In this document: positions 1 through 10,099 of the stretch, in pieces
Layout: each line of letters starts with the position of its first letter
Position numbering within the stretch: the stretch's first letter is position 1
DNA from: Leptolyngbyaceae cyanobacterium
GTDB lineage: Bacteria; Cyanobacteriota; Cyanobacteriia; Phormidesmidales; Phormidesmidaceae
NCBI GenBank assembly: GCA_965263355.1
Contig: CBDHHL010000032.1
Location: 1,248,001-1,312,000, forward strand
Reading direction: 5' to 3'
Length of the DNA stretch: 64,000 nt
Translations under genes and position numbers: made by a program
The notes under the pieces: generated by a model
Told to the model about the DNA's origin: nothing
The model's input: only the letters and a program-made list of their open reading frames with translations
Database searches by the model: none

Positions 1-264
1 CTCAATTCGACCAGAGGAACGTAGGCATTCTAAGCGCCAACGCTGACCTGATACCCGACCAGGTAAGAAACCCAAGATGGTTAGGTGATTTTCACCGTGG
101 TCAGTTTTTACTTTAACCAGCAAGTCATCCTTACTTTGACTGACGATGAGTGCCTCTATTTCAAACTCACCTTCACGATTCCAAGGTAGTTCGTACTGTG
201 CCTCAGGCTCTTGAGAACGAAGAACAGCGCGAGTGTTTTCGGCTTCAGACATGGGAGCAGTCAT
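1..264 (-). CDS. Hypothetical protein, N-terminal part (runs off window edge)
   Basis: Manual translation from ATG at 264 (MTAPMSEAENTRAVLRSQEPEAQYELPWNREGEFEIEALIV...) stays open to position 1; not in the ORF track. Confidence 0.6.
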   Translation of the reverse strand, partial: MTAPMSEAENTRAVLRSQEPEAQYELPWNREGEFEIEALIVSQSKDDLLVKVKTDHGENHLTILGFLPGRVSGQRWRLECLRSSGRIE

Positions 265-448
265 AGTTAGTTGGGTGGTTGTCGAACAGGAGTACAGCTG
301 TAATGTACCCAGCCACTCGCAAAGATGGCTTTAGCTAGACGATAACATTTTGGCTGGTTGATCGATTGTGCTGCAGATCATAAAGGCCAAGGAGTGTAAA
401 ACATAAAGCTTGGAGAGAGGGGGGAACTTGGAAGGCAATGAAGCGTCC

Positions 449-1174
449 TTACCTAACTGCTTGCTGATCATCATACATGGCTCGTAATACCATCGCCGGG
501 TCTACCCAACTACTTTCAAACTTGAGGCCCCAGTGTAAGTGGGGGCCAGTGGTCCGTCCGGTCATGCCAACACGGCCAATAGGCTGACCCGTGCCAATGT
601 TGGCTCCTTCTCGAATCCGAATGTTGCCATCTGGGTCTACCATGACCTGTTTATTGCCTTCGCGGGTAACGTAGCCTTGCATATGGCAGTAGATATGTTG
701 CCAATCGCCAGATTCAATCACCACTGATGTACCACAGGCACTATCATCTGATACTTCAACCACACGTCCCTCCCACCAGTTGCGGATATAGCTACCGAGG
801 GGAGCTGCGATATCTAAGCCGTAATGAAATTGTTCACCCCCGTAGGGAGATTGGCGATAGCCAAAGGGAGAGGTGTAGGCCTGGAAGTTTTCCACTGGGA
901 ATGAGGCGAAACTCCAGGGGCTGATAGCTCTGGCCAATTCAACTTCCGCTGCCTTAGCTGATTTACGTTGAGCTGGAAGGATGAGGCTGGTCAGGGTCCA
1001 AAGGGATAAACCGCCTACAAGTAGAAAATTGATGTAGAGACGTGAGCGCCGTCGAGGAAATTTTACCTTTCTTAAACGACTCGTAAGAGCTTGGGTAAAC
1101 CCTTTTAGAGCAATGGATTTAACAGAACCCAATTTCATATATCCGGAAAACTTTGAACGATTAGCTTGGAACAA
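449..1174 (-). CDS. M23 family metallopeptidase
   Basis: HYGLD, HIYCHM and TTGPHLHW zinc-binding motifs; hydrophobic N-terminal anchor. Confidence 0.9.
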   Translation of the reverse strand: MFQANRSKFSGYMKLGSVKSIALKGFTQALTSRLRKVKFPRRRSRLYINFLLVGGLSLWTLTSLILPAQRKSAKAAEVELARAISPWSFASFPVENFQAYTSPFGYRQSPYGGEQFHYGLDIAAPLGSYIRNWWEGRVVEVSDDSACGTSVVIESGDWQHIYCHMQGYVTREGNKQVMVDPDGNIRIREGANIGTGQPIGRVGMTGRTTGPHLHWGLKFESSWVDPAMVLRAMYDDQQAVR

Positions 1175-1384
1175 TTAGCACTTTAAAAGTTTCCCAGGTC
1201 AACACAACAATCAGGGGAAGATGGAAGGTTGGTTGACTGAGCATAGTGCCAATACAATATATGGAGTTTTTCCTAACCTGTGGCCATGACCAAACGTTAT
1301 TGACTAAGGACAGAGTTAGGGCTGCTTGTCGCATTGCCCGCTAATGTACATCAATTTCTTTGAAATGCATACAAAATTGTTTTT

Positions 1385-1801
1385 TTGATGGTTAAAAAAG
1401 TTCTTTTACAGGATTCGACTCACTGGTATCAGCAGGGCATGGTGTTTGATGGGCAAGGCCAGTCTCAGAATGCGATCGCATGTTATACCAAAGCCATTGA
1501 GCTGCAACCTAACTACTATGAGGCCTGGGTAAGACGTGGATTAGCCTTAATGTTGCTAGAGAAGTTTCAGCCTGCAATTGCCAATTTCAATCAAGCCGTT
1601 GCCCTAAAAATGGATTTAGATTTGGCCTGGTATCTCAAGGCCTACTGCCATGCCCAGATGCAGGCGGATGAATTTGCTTTGCTGGCCTTACAAAAGGCCT
1701 TCGCCCTCAATTCCCAGCAGTGGATTGACATGGCCAATCGAGAACCTGCGTTTGATCATCTTAGGCAAGATCCACGATTTCAAGAATTAGTCGTTGGTTA
1801 G
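1385..1801 (+). CDS. Small TPR-repeat protein
   Basis: TPR consensus (AIACYTKAIELQPNYYEAW; AIANFNQAVAL); C-terminal FDHLRQDPRFQEL cap. Confidence 0.85.
   Translation: MMVKKVLLQDSTHWYQQGMVFDGQGQSQNAIACYTKAIELQPNYYEAWVRRGLALMLLEKFQPAIANFNQAVALKMDLDLAWYLKAYCHAQMQADEFALLALQKAFALNSQQWIDMANREPAFDHLRQDPRFQELVVG
1472..1479. repeat. HIP1 octamer GCGATCGC (representative; recurs across the window, e.g. 7021, 51401)
   Basis: Direct reading; HIP1 over-representation is characteristic of cyanobacteria. Confidence 0.85.
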
Positions 1802-1903
1802 GTGTCTTTCCAGCACAGCGTCTCAGGGAAAACTCACGCTTTTCTGCTATCTTCTGTTATCTAATGGTGGGCGTGTGATATTCATCTCAGTTCCCTAGCG
1901 ACT

Positions 1904-4168
1904 ATGCAGGCAACGACTTCGATTTATACGGATTTATTTTTTGTCGGTGGGGGACACACCCATGCCATTGTGTTGCGAAAAATTGGCATGAAGCAATTGC
2001 CTGCCGGGGTGCGTCTAACGCTGATTACTAACCTGGTAGATACGCCCTATTCGGGTATGCTACCTTGCCACATTTCAGGGCTTTATGACTTTGACCAGTC
2101 CCATATTGATTTGCGGCCCCTGACCCGGTTTGCCAATTGCCGGTTGATTATGGATGAGGTGGTGAATATTGATGCGGATCGACAGGTGATCTATTGCCGT
2201 CGTCATCCGCCGATGCGATACGACGCCTTATCGATTGATATTGGCAGTACACCAGCAACGGTGTTTGTGCCGGGGGCAAAAGACTATGCAATTCCGGCTA
2301 AGCCCGTACCCAATTTGCTCAGGGCCTGGCATCAGTATTTGCAAGGGCTAAATCAGGCGACAGACTCAGCCACGATTGGCATTGTGGGTGGGGGAGTGGG
2401 TGGGGTGGAGTTGGCCCTAAATATGCAGGTGCGTTTGCAGCAGATTGTCGGGCCAGGGGCAACTATCCATGTTTTTCATCGCGGTGCCCAGCTAGCGACA
2501 GGACGGAGTCGAGCCACCCAGCGGCAACTGGCTAAGATTTTTCGCGATCGCAATATCCACACTCACTTATCGGAAACCGTTTGTGCGGTAAAGCCGATGG
2601 TCACCGATACTGTTTCGGAGACAGTTTCAGATGCAGTGCAAGTGCATTGTGAATCGGGGTTGACGGTGACGTGCGATCGCGTTTTCTGGGTAACCAATGC
2701 CAGTGCAGCTCCCTGGCTTACCCATACGGGGCTATCGACGGACAAAGATGGTTTTCTTTTGGTTAAAGACACTCTGCAAACGTTGTCGCACCCCAATGTA
2801 TTTGCGGTAGGGGATGTGGCCACCATGGTCAACCATCGTCGCCCTAAGGCTGGCGTCTTTGCTGTCCGTCAGGGACCGCCTTTATATAACAATCTTCAAC
2901 GTTATTTTTCTCAGCAGCCGCTCCAGGCCTTTAAACCCCAGCATCAGTTTCTCAATATTATTGATCTGGGTACGGGCAGTGCTATCGCCTCCCGTGGGCG
3001 TTGGTCTGCGGAGTCTGGGTGGTTTCGCCGCTGGAAACATCACATTGACGGCCAGTTTATGGCCCTATTTGAGCAATTTCCAACTATGGAGAATCAACGC
3101 CACCCGTCATTAGAAAAAACAAATGTAACGCCCCACTGTGCAGGATGTGGCTCAAAGGTAAGTAGTTCTGTGCTCCGTCGAGCGTTGAATCGGGCCAGGG
3201 CAGAATTTCCAGAAATGGACCGTTGGCCGAACCCAGTGAAGGTAGGTCTGGACTCACCTGACGATGCTGCTGTGATTGCTGTACCCGCCGGTATGTTGGC
3301 GGTGCAGACCGTAGATCAATTTCGGGCGATTGTAGATGATCCCTATGTCTTTGCCCAGATCTGTGTGAATCACTGTTTGAGTGATTTATTTGCCATGGGA
3401 GCAACGCCTCAAACCGTATTGGCTCTGGCAACATTACCCTATGGCACAGATGCTGTACAAACGGAAACGCTCTATCAACTAATGGCAGGCAGTTATCAAG
3501 CGTTGACCCCTACTCAAACTTGGCTGGTCGGTGGGCACACGACCGAAGGCTCGGAGTTAACCTTGGGATTTGCTTGCAACGGCTGGGTTGCCCCTGGTGA
3601 AGTGTTAACAAAACAAAATCTCAAACCTGGCCTCAGTTTGATTTTGACTAAACCCTTAGGCACAGGGGTGTTGTTTGCCGCAGATATGCAGCGAGCGGCT
3701 AAAGGCCGCTGGATCGAAGCTGCTGTTGATAGTATGGTGCAATCGAATCAGATGGCTGCTAATTGTTTCCGAGACCATAGTGTGGCGGCCTGTACGGACA
3801 TTACTGGATTTGGTCTATTAGGCCATCTCTACGAAATGCTGTCGCCTGGGCTAGCGATCCATCTGAACTTAGGAGCATTGCCCCTATTGCCAGGTGTAAA
3901 CACCTGTTTCGAGGCTGGTTATCTCAGTTCTCTTCACACCCGTAACCAACAGATTGAACATTACCTCCACAATCCTCAGCCTGAGCGGGCTAACTACCCC
4001 TTGTTATTTGACCCTCAAACCTCTGGAGGGTTGCTAGCAGCAATTCCTCAAGACTGTGTGAGCAATTGCTTGGAGGCTCTAAAAAATAAGGGCTATAGTC
4101 ACAGTCGCTATATTGGTGATGTAGTGCCTGCTGTAGTGGGCCAAGCTCCTTTTACAATCAGAGAGTGA
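1904..4168 (+). CDS. selD: Selenide, water dikinase with N-terminal FAD-dependent oxidoreductase domain
   Basis: N-terminal Rossmann motifs GGGHTH and GGGVGG; SelD motifs CAGCGSKV, DDAAV, QTVD, GGHT, DITGFGLLGHL, DPQTSGGLL. Confidence 0.93.
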   Translation: MQATTSIYTDLFFVGGGHTHAIVLRKIGMKQLPAGVRLTLITNLVDTPYSGMLPCHISGLYDFDQSHIDLRPLTRFANCRLIMDEVVNIDADRQVIYCRRHPPMRYDALSIDIGSTPATVFVPGAKDYAIPAKPVPNLLRAWHQYLQGLNQATDSATIGIVGGGVGGVELALNMQVRLQQIVGPGATIHVFHRGAQLATGRSRATQRQLAKIFRDRNIHTHLSETVCAVKPMVTDTVSETVSDAVQVHCESGLTVTCDRVFWVTNASAAPWLTHTGLSTDKDGFLLVKDTLQTLSHPNVFAVGDVATMVNHRRPKAGVFAVRQGPPLYNNLQRYFSQQPLQAFKPQHQFLNIIDLGTGSAIASRGRWSAESGWFRRWKHHIDGQFMALFEQFPTMENQRHPSLEKTNVTPHCAGCGSKVSSSVLRRALNRARAEFPEMDRWPNPVKVGLDSPDDAAVIAVPAGMLAVQTVDQFRAIVDDPYVFAQICVNHCLSDLFAMGATPQTVLALATLPYGTDAVQTETLYQLMAGSYQALTPTQTWLVGGHTTEGSELTLGFACNGWVAPGEVLTKQNLKPGLSLILTKPLGTGVLFAADMQRAAKGRWIEAAVDSMVQSNQMAANCFRDHSVAACTDITGFGLLGHLYEMLSPGLAIHLNLGALPLLPGVNTCFEAGYLSSLHTRNQQIEHYLHNPQPERANYPLLFDPQTSGGLLAAIPQDCVSNCLEALKNKGYSHSRYIGDVVPAVVGQAPFTIRE

Positions 4169-4207
4169 AATCCCTGGGGATTCATCTGTCCTTTCACTCG
4201 TTATGTA

Positions 4208-5242
4208 GTGACCCAGCTGCTTCAGATTACTGACTTTTGGCGGGCCTCTGGCCCAATTTTAGATGTGCGTAGTCCTGGTGAGTATGCCCAGGGACACCTG
4301 CCCAAAGCGGTTAGTTTTCCTCTATTTTCGGATGACGAACGGGCTCAGGTGGGGACCTGTTACAAACAGAAAGGCCAGGAAACTGCGATTGAATTGGGCC
4401 TGGAACTGGTTGCCCCTAAAATGGTGGGTTTGGTCAAACGGGCCAAAATTTTGGCGGCTCCAAAACGTCAGGTGAGGGTTCATTGCTGGCGTGGGGGTAT
4501 GCGCAGTGGGTCCGTGGGCTGGCTGTTGGAGACGAGTGGTTTAGATGTCAAGCTATTGGCAGGGGGATATAAAGCGTTTCGTCGCTGGGTTAGACGTACA
4601 TTGTTCACACCAAAGCCTCTGATTATCTTGGGTGGTATGACGGGGACAGGCAAAACTGATATTTTGCATGCGCTTAGGGATTTGGGAGAGCAGGTTCTAG
4701 ATCTGGAAGGATTGGCTAATCATCGTGGTAGTAGTTATGGTGCCTTGATGTTGCCGCCTCAGCCCAGTACTGAGCAGTTTGAGAATCTGATTGCAGAGCA
4801 GTGGACGGCATTTGATTCCCGGCGTCCGGTTTGGATTGAGGCTGAAAGTCGCCGGGTAGGGACCTGTCGAGTGCCGGATGAAATCATGGGGCAAATGGAA
4901 GCAGCGTATACCCTTGAGGTGGTTCGCTCAGAGTCAGAACGATTAAAAATATTGGTAGATGTCTATGGTCAGGCCAATCCAGATGAGTTAATAGTCGCAA
5001 CTGAGCGTTTACGTAAGCGTTTAGGGGGACTACGAACTCAGAAGGCCGTTGAGCACATTAGGAGCGGTGAACTCGCGGCTGCGGCTGCGATTATCTTGAC
5101 GTATTATGATCGTACTTACCGTCATGATCTGGTTCGTCGCGGTAAGCAAATTCCCAAGGTAGATGTATCTGAGATGTCTGTTTTTCAGGCAGCCGAGCAT
5201 TTATTATGCCAGGTGAATGATTGGAATTGGTACCGCAGTTGA
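4208..5242 (+). CDS. selU: tRNA 2-selenouridine(34) synthase
   Basis: Rhodanese domain (DVRSPGEY, CWRGGMRS), P-loop GMTGTGKT, DLEGLANHRGS; directly downstream of selD. Confidence 0.95.
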   Translation: MTQLLQITDFWRASGPILDVRSPGEYAQGHLPKAVSFPLFSDDERAQVGTCYKQKGQETAIELGLELVAPKMVGLVKRAKILAAPKRQVRVHCWRGGMRSGSVGWLLETSGLDVKLLAGGYKAFRRWVRRTLFTPKPLIILGGMTGTGKTDILHALRDLGEQVLDLEGLANHRGSSYGALMLPPQPSTEQFENLIAEQWTAFDSRRPVWIEAESRRVGTCRVPDEIMGQMEAAYTLEVVRSESERLKILVDVYGQANPDELIVATERLRKRLGGLRTQKAVEHIRSGELAAAAAIILTYYDRTYRHDLVRRGKQIPKVDVSEMSVFQAAEHLLCQVNDWNWYRS

Positions 5243-5306
5243 TCTCTGAAGAGGGGAGAAAAAACGCAAGGTGTTGTGTGCTTTGAATAACGGCAGTTAT
5301 TTCTGT

Positions 5307-5413
5307 GAGATATCAGCTTAAAGCGGAATGTTTTCACAAGGGGGAAATCAGGAATCAGGAGTCACTGGTTTCTGGCTTTTAACCTAGAAAGCTTTCCCAG
5401 CTTAAGTTGACAT
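5307..5413 (-). repeat. MITE-like intergenic repeat, copy 1 (reverse orientation, degenerate)
   Basis: Ends GAGATATCAGCTTAAAGCGG ... CCCAGCTTAAGTTGACAT match the reverse complement of the copies at 36541 and 45979. Confidence 0.6.
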
Positions 5414-5444
5414 TTTTTTGTGCTTTTCAGTGTTTGGATTAACC

Positions 5445-5699
5445 ATGAGCTATCTTCATTACGTACTGCCCGCTACAATTACTTTCCTCGTAGCGTTGTA
5501 TGCATTTTTCCAAGATACGACAGCTTCTAAGGTAAGTACGCTGAACTGGGCGTTTGTTCTGGTTACAGGGCTGCTTTGGCCAATTACTTTGCCATTTATT
5601 ATTTGGAAAAAGCTATTGGTGCTCTTCAATATGAGCCGAAAAGATCAGAAAGATGGTGTTGAAATAAAGTTTAGGCGGAGTCACACAATTTGGTACTAG
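5445..5699 (+). CDS. Small membrane protein
   Basis: Two hydrophobic helices and LLWPITLP motif; ATG at 5445 preferred over the ORF-track start at 5418. Confidence 0.6.
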   Translation: MSYLHYVLPATITFLVALYAFFQDTTASKVSTLNWAFVLVTGLLWPITLPFIIWKKLLVLFNMSRKDQKDGVEIKFRRSHTIWY

Positions 5700-7332
5700 G
5701 GGTGTCACCACCCAGTCTGGGGGCTTCCATATGGGCTTCGGCGGCTTGTAAATGCTTCACTAGCATAGTCTTGGTTAGGGGGCCTTCTAGGTGATCCCAG
5801 GGTAATGCCTGGGTGGTGGGCCAATCCCCATAGACATAAAAGTCTAGAGGCGGTAGTGCGCCTTTTAGTTCCTTAAAGGCACGGCGATAACTACCCAGGG
5901 AATCGCCATAGTGGCGGGTTAGTTCTAGGAGTTGGCCGATGCGTCGATCACCTCTGGAAATTAATGTTTGGATGACGGACCAGTTATAGCTTTCTGGTCT
6001 GAAATCAATGCCCTGGGAGCGCAATTTCTTTTGCAAAAATTTCAAGCGTTTTTCAGCTTTGCGGTTCACCCCGTACCACTGAAAGGGGGTGTGTGCTTTT
6101 GGGACGAAAGTACTACAACCTAGGGTGAGGCGTAATCCCTGAGCAGCTTTTTTTAACCGCAGCATCAGGGTAGCGGTTGCTTCAAGGTCAGCTTCTGTTT
6201 CGCCAGGAATACCAGCCATGCCATACAGTTTGACGCTACTCAATCCCCCAGTTTTAGCATTGACGACGGCCTGTTCAATATCGGCAGTTTCAAGCTTCTT
6301 ATTGATGGTGTTACGCACCCGTTCTGAGCCACTTTCCACGGCGATGGTAATGGATTTAGTACCGTGATTGACGAGGGTGCTGGCTAGTTTTTTATTGACT
6401 GTATTGGTTCGTACAGAGGCAATGCTTAGGCGTACATCATCGTAGGCGGACTGGTTAATGTAATCCAGTAACTCCTCAAAGCCTGGGTGCTGGGTGACTG
6501 AGGCTCCTAGCAGCCCTAAGCGTTTGGTCACCATCAGTCCTCGTTCAATGGCGGGAATCAGGGAGTCATCCAAACTAGCAGTGCGGAAGGGCAGGGTGAG
6601 ATAGCTGGCTAAACAAAAACGACACATTTCTGGGCAGCTGCGTACCACTTCCACCATAAAAATATTTTCCCAGGCGGCTTTTTCGGTGACTACGGTTGAG
6701 GCCAGCAGCACGTTGCCCCGATATGTTTGTTTTTTTACAGTGGCAGGGATGCCGCTTACGGGCTCGATGTGGCTAATGGGACCGGTGGGGTCAGTATAGA
6801 CAGGCTGATAAAGGCTGGGTATGTAAATGCCAGGTACTTGAGCAAGCGCCTTTAGCTGTTCCGGACGACTGGCAAACCGGACCGACTTATAGGTGTCGAT
6901 AAATGTAGGGATTAGCTCTTCTCCATCTCCCAGCAGCACAATGTCAAAAAAATCTGCAAAGGGCTCTGGATTAGCAGTAAGAACTGGACCGCCGCCAAAA
7001 ATAAGCGGATGGTGATGGGTGCGATCGCAACTACGAATAGGAACTTGTTGCTGCTCCAGCAAATTTAAGATATTGATATAGTCCAATTCCCATGACACCG
7101 AAAATCCCATAATTTCAGGTCTAGAGGAGAGATTACTGGCCAAATCTGTAAACAGGCGACCCACAGCCAGGTCACTACGTCCGGCTAGCATGGCCCAAAT
7201 TACCTGGTATCCCAGACTAGTAATCCCAATGGCGTATTCGTTGGGAAAGGCAAACACAATGGGAATGGCATCGGAACTGGAAGCAGCAGGCTTAAAGAGT
7301 AGATGCTCAGCTGCAAATACAGAGAGGGTCAA
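5671..7332 (-). CDS. Radical SAM protein (B12-binding-like N-terminus)
   Basis: CxxxCxxC motif (RSCPEMCRFC), FPNEY, GGPVLTANPEP and FVPKAHTPFQ motifs. Confidence 0.9.
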   Translation of the reverse strand: MTLSVFAAEHLLFKPAASSSDAIPIVFAFPNEYAIGITSLGYQVIWAMLAGRSDLAVGRLFTDLASNLSSRPEIMGFSVSWELDYINILNLLEQQQVPIRSCDRTHHHPLIFGGGPVLTANPEPFADFFDIVLLGDGEELIPTFIDTYKSVRFASRPEQLKALAQVPGIYIPSLYQPVYTDPTGPISHIEPVSGIPATVKKQTYRGNVLLASTVVTEKAAWENIFMVEVVRSCPEMCRFCLASYLTLPFRTASLDDSLIPAIERGLMVTKRLGLLGASVTQHPGFEELLDYINQSAYDDVRLSIASVRTNTVNKKLASTLVNHGTKSITIAVESGSERVRNTINKKLETADIEQAVVNAKTGGLSSVKLYGMAGIPGETEADLEATATLMLRLKKAAQGLRLTLGCSTFVPKAHTPFQWYGVNRKAEKRLKFLQKKLRSQGIDFRPESYNWSVIQTLISRGDRRIGQLLELTRHYGDSLGSYRRAFKELKGALPPLDFYVYGDWPTTQALPWDHLEGPLTKTMLVKHLQAAEAHMEAPRLGGDTPSTKLCDSA

Positions 7333-7542
7333 AATAGGTGCCTATAGCAAAGGGTCTTACTGTTTATCATAGGGATTCACCCATAGACTACTACACTGGG
7401 CTAAGCCATGCAGCCGAACTGAAGACAGCGGCAATTAACTAGGTGTTCATACGGTTATTAGCGCTTTGCAGAGCACATTAGTATGGATGCGTACGTAAAT
7501 TCATTCCAGCATCGAGTTTGGTCGTTGGTTGGAGCTTGAGGA

Positions 7543-8562
7543 ATGCACGATAACAATTTTTCAAAGTTACTCTCCGATTGCCCCACCCCAACAGTACAAA
7601 GACCTTCTAGTTTAGATAATGCAGCTGCTGACTCCCTAAAGGAGGGGTTAGCATTCTATCGCCAAGGTCAGTATGACTCTGCATTAGATATTCTGCAGAC
7701 TGCCATCAAGACAAGGGAACTCACCCAAAATTGTCTGTTAAAAGGCAAAATTTATAGTGCGATTGCTCTGGTACAGTATAGTCAAAGGCAGTATCTTTGG
7801 GCCCTAGAGCCAGCCCGTAAAGCACTTGATATTGGTAGAAGTCTTAATCATATCTCCCTGCAACTGTCAGCACTGGATCAAATTGGGAATAGTTATCGAC
7901 ATCTTAATGACCTTGACAAAGCCTTGAATGCACTGCGGCAAAGTCATCGTCTGGCAGAAGAAGTTAATAATGATAAAGCTCTGAGCCATAGCCTCAACAA
8001 TTTAGGCCTAGCCTATAAAGCTAAAAAAGATTACTCTCAGGCAATTGATTGCTATGAGCAAAGTCTGAAGTTAGCTCAAACCAGTCAAGATGCCAAAAGC
8101 TTGGGGCAAATTTTGCGCAATGTTGGCAACCTGTATCATCGTATCGGTAACTATGACAAAACGATTGAGTATTACAGCCAGCTATTGGAGTTAGAGACGT
8201 CTAGGCTAGATAAATCTACCACTATCAAAATTTTGCGCAATTTAAGTACCGCTTGCTATGCGTTGGGTCGCTATGAACTAGCCGTTCAATATTTGAAGCA
8301 GCGCCTCAACCTAGCTCGAGATCTAAGCGACCTCAAAGCCCAAGAACAAAGCCTAGATAATCTGAGTATTAATTACGATGCCCTAGGTCAAACCGAGTAT
8401 GCCATTCTTTATCAAGAACAACGACTTCAGGTATGCCTAGCATTAAAGAATTTTAACTTGCAGCAGCAAGCACTCAAGACGTTAAAGACTACCTGCCTAG
8501 CGGCAGGAGACTTTGACCGAATTCTTAAGTACAAGCATTTGCTTAACAGCCATAGAACATAA
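7543..8562 (+). CDS. TPR-repeat protein
   Basis: Multiple TPRs (SLNNLGLAY, AIDCYEQSLKLA, LRNVGNLY). Confidence 0.88.
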   Translation: MHDNNFSKLLSDCPTPTVQRPSSLDNAAADSLKEGLAFYRQGQYDSALDILQTAIKTRELTQNCLLKGKIYSAIALVQYSQRQYLWALEPARKALDIGRSLNHISLQLSALDQIGNSYRHLNDLDKALNALRQSHRLAEEVNNDKALSHSLNNLGLAYKAKKDYSQAIDCYEQSLKLAQTSQDAKSLGQILRNVGNLYHRIGNYDKTIEYYSQLLELETSRLDKSTTIKILRNLSTACYALGRYELAVQYLKQRLNLARDLSDLKAQEQSLDNLSINYDALGQTEYAILYQEQRLQVCLALKNFNLQQQALKTLKTTCLAAGDFDRILKYKHLLNSHRT

Positions 8563-8623
8563 GTAAATCAAGTCCTATGGCTGCTAAAAACTGTCAATAA
8601 TTTGGAACGTAACTGATCGTGTC

Positions 8624-8654
8624 AAGCCCCCTGAGCTAATAACCAGAGGGCTTT
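8624..8654. terminator. Probable intrinsic terminator between the convergent TPR and gap genes
   Basis: Hairpin AAGCCCCCTG...CAGAGGGCTT followed by T. Confidence 0.5.
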
Positions 8655-8674
8655 AATGCTAGAAAGTGTGGAAT

Positions 8675-9691
8675 TTATGCTGGCCAGTTAGCAGCAACAA
8701 CTTCAGCTAGGTCAACAACGCGTTGGCTGTAACCCCACTCGTTGTCATACCAAGCAACAACCTTCACCATGTCGCCATCCATAACTAGAGTTAGGCTAGA
8801 GTCAACAATCGAAGACTCATCAGTCTTACGATAGTCGATAGAAACCAGAGGCTCTTCTGTGTAGCCCAAGACTCCTTTCATATGACCTTCTGTTGCAGAC
8901 TTAATGGCCTCGTTGACTTCTTCCTTAATAGTCTTCTTCTCGACTTGAACAACGAGGTCAACTACAGAAACGTTAGGTGTGGGTACGCGCATGGCAATAC
9001 CGTTGAGCTTCCCCTTCATCTCAGGGATAACCAGAGCTACAGCCTTAGCAGCACCTGTTGATGTAGGGACGATATTGATAGCAGCTGCACGGGCACGTCG
9101 CAAGTCGCGGTGACTTGCATCTAGAATGCGCTGGTCACCTGTGTAGCTATGGGTGGTGGTCATTGTTCCTTTGATAATGCCAAAGGCGTCGTTAACCACC
9201 TTAACCACAGGTGCTAAGCAGTTAGTGGTGCAACTAGCGTTGCTGATGATGGGGTTTTTGCCATGTACATACTGGTCAGCGTTGACGCCAACCACATAAG
9301 TATCGACATTTCCACCCTTACCAGGAGCTGTAATTAGCACCTGTTTAGCACCTGCTTCCAGGTGGCGGCGAGCACCTTCTTCACTAACAAAAACGCCTGT
9401 GGATTCGATTACAAGATCAATATCCCAAGCACCCCAAGGTAAATTGTTGGGGTTGCGATCAGAACAGCACTTAATAGTCTTATCGCCGACGGTGATGGTG
9501 TCATCCGTGAAGGTGACATCCTCGTCTAAGCGTCCCAATAGGGAGTCATACTTCAGCAGATGACAGGCTGTCTTAGGATCGGAGGTATTGTTGATTGCAA
9601 CAATATCAAACCCTGAATTTTCTCTGGTCAACCAACAACGTAGAAAGTTGCGCCCAATGCGCCCAAAGCCGTTGATAGCTACTCTAATCAC
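8675..9691 (-). CDS. gap2: Type I glyceraldehyde-3-phosphate dehydrogenase (cyanobacterial NAD(P)-dependent)
   Basis: [24 protein letters not shown] active site, [14 protein letters not shown] (Gap2-type), WYDNEWGYS. Confidence 0.96.
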   Translation of the reverse strand: MIRVAINGFGRIGRNFLRCWLTRENSGFDIVAINNTSDPKTACHLLKYDSLLGRLDEDVTFTDDTITVGDKTIKCCSDRNPNNLPWGAWDIDLVIESTGVFVSEEGARRHLEAGAKQVLITAPGKGGNVDTYVVGVNADQYVHGKNPIISNASCTTNCLAPVVKVVNDAFGIIKGTMTTTHSYTGDQRILDASHRDLRRARAAAINIVPTSTGAAKAVALVIPEMKGKLNGIAMRVPTPNVSVVDLVVQVEKKTIKEEVNEAIKSATEGHMKGVLGYTEEPLVSIDYRKTDESSIVDSSLTLVMDGDMVKVVAWYDNEWGYSQRVVDLAEVVAANWPA

Positions 9692-10099
9692 TGCGCTTAC
9701 CCTCTGTCGTACAACTGCGTCAAATTAGCGTTTGCATTAGCAAATCCAATGATATCCCATCGTCTTAACAGCTCAGAGCCATAAACATCACAGTCTAGCC
9801 TGCGTTAAATCCATAGGATCACTGACCCTTGAGCCCAACGAATGGGTTATCGTTCTATATTGAATTAAGTATAATTGCTCACGGTATTGGCTTACAAGTG
9901 AGTCTCAGGAATCTGCGTGAAGATCTGACAAAGTGTAAGTTGTAATCAGATGGTATTGAAGGTGGGCAGTATGCCTAAGAGTTGACCCTGATTAAATTAC
10001 GCGAAATGGCTAGCCCTTATGGGTGGGTATGTGGCCATTCAATGGATTCCTGGTATTATACGCCTGAAATATATGTGTGTGGTGTGTGAGGTAAGTTTT

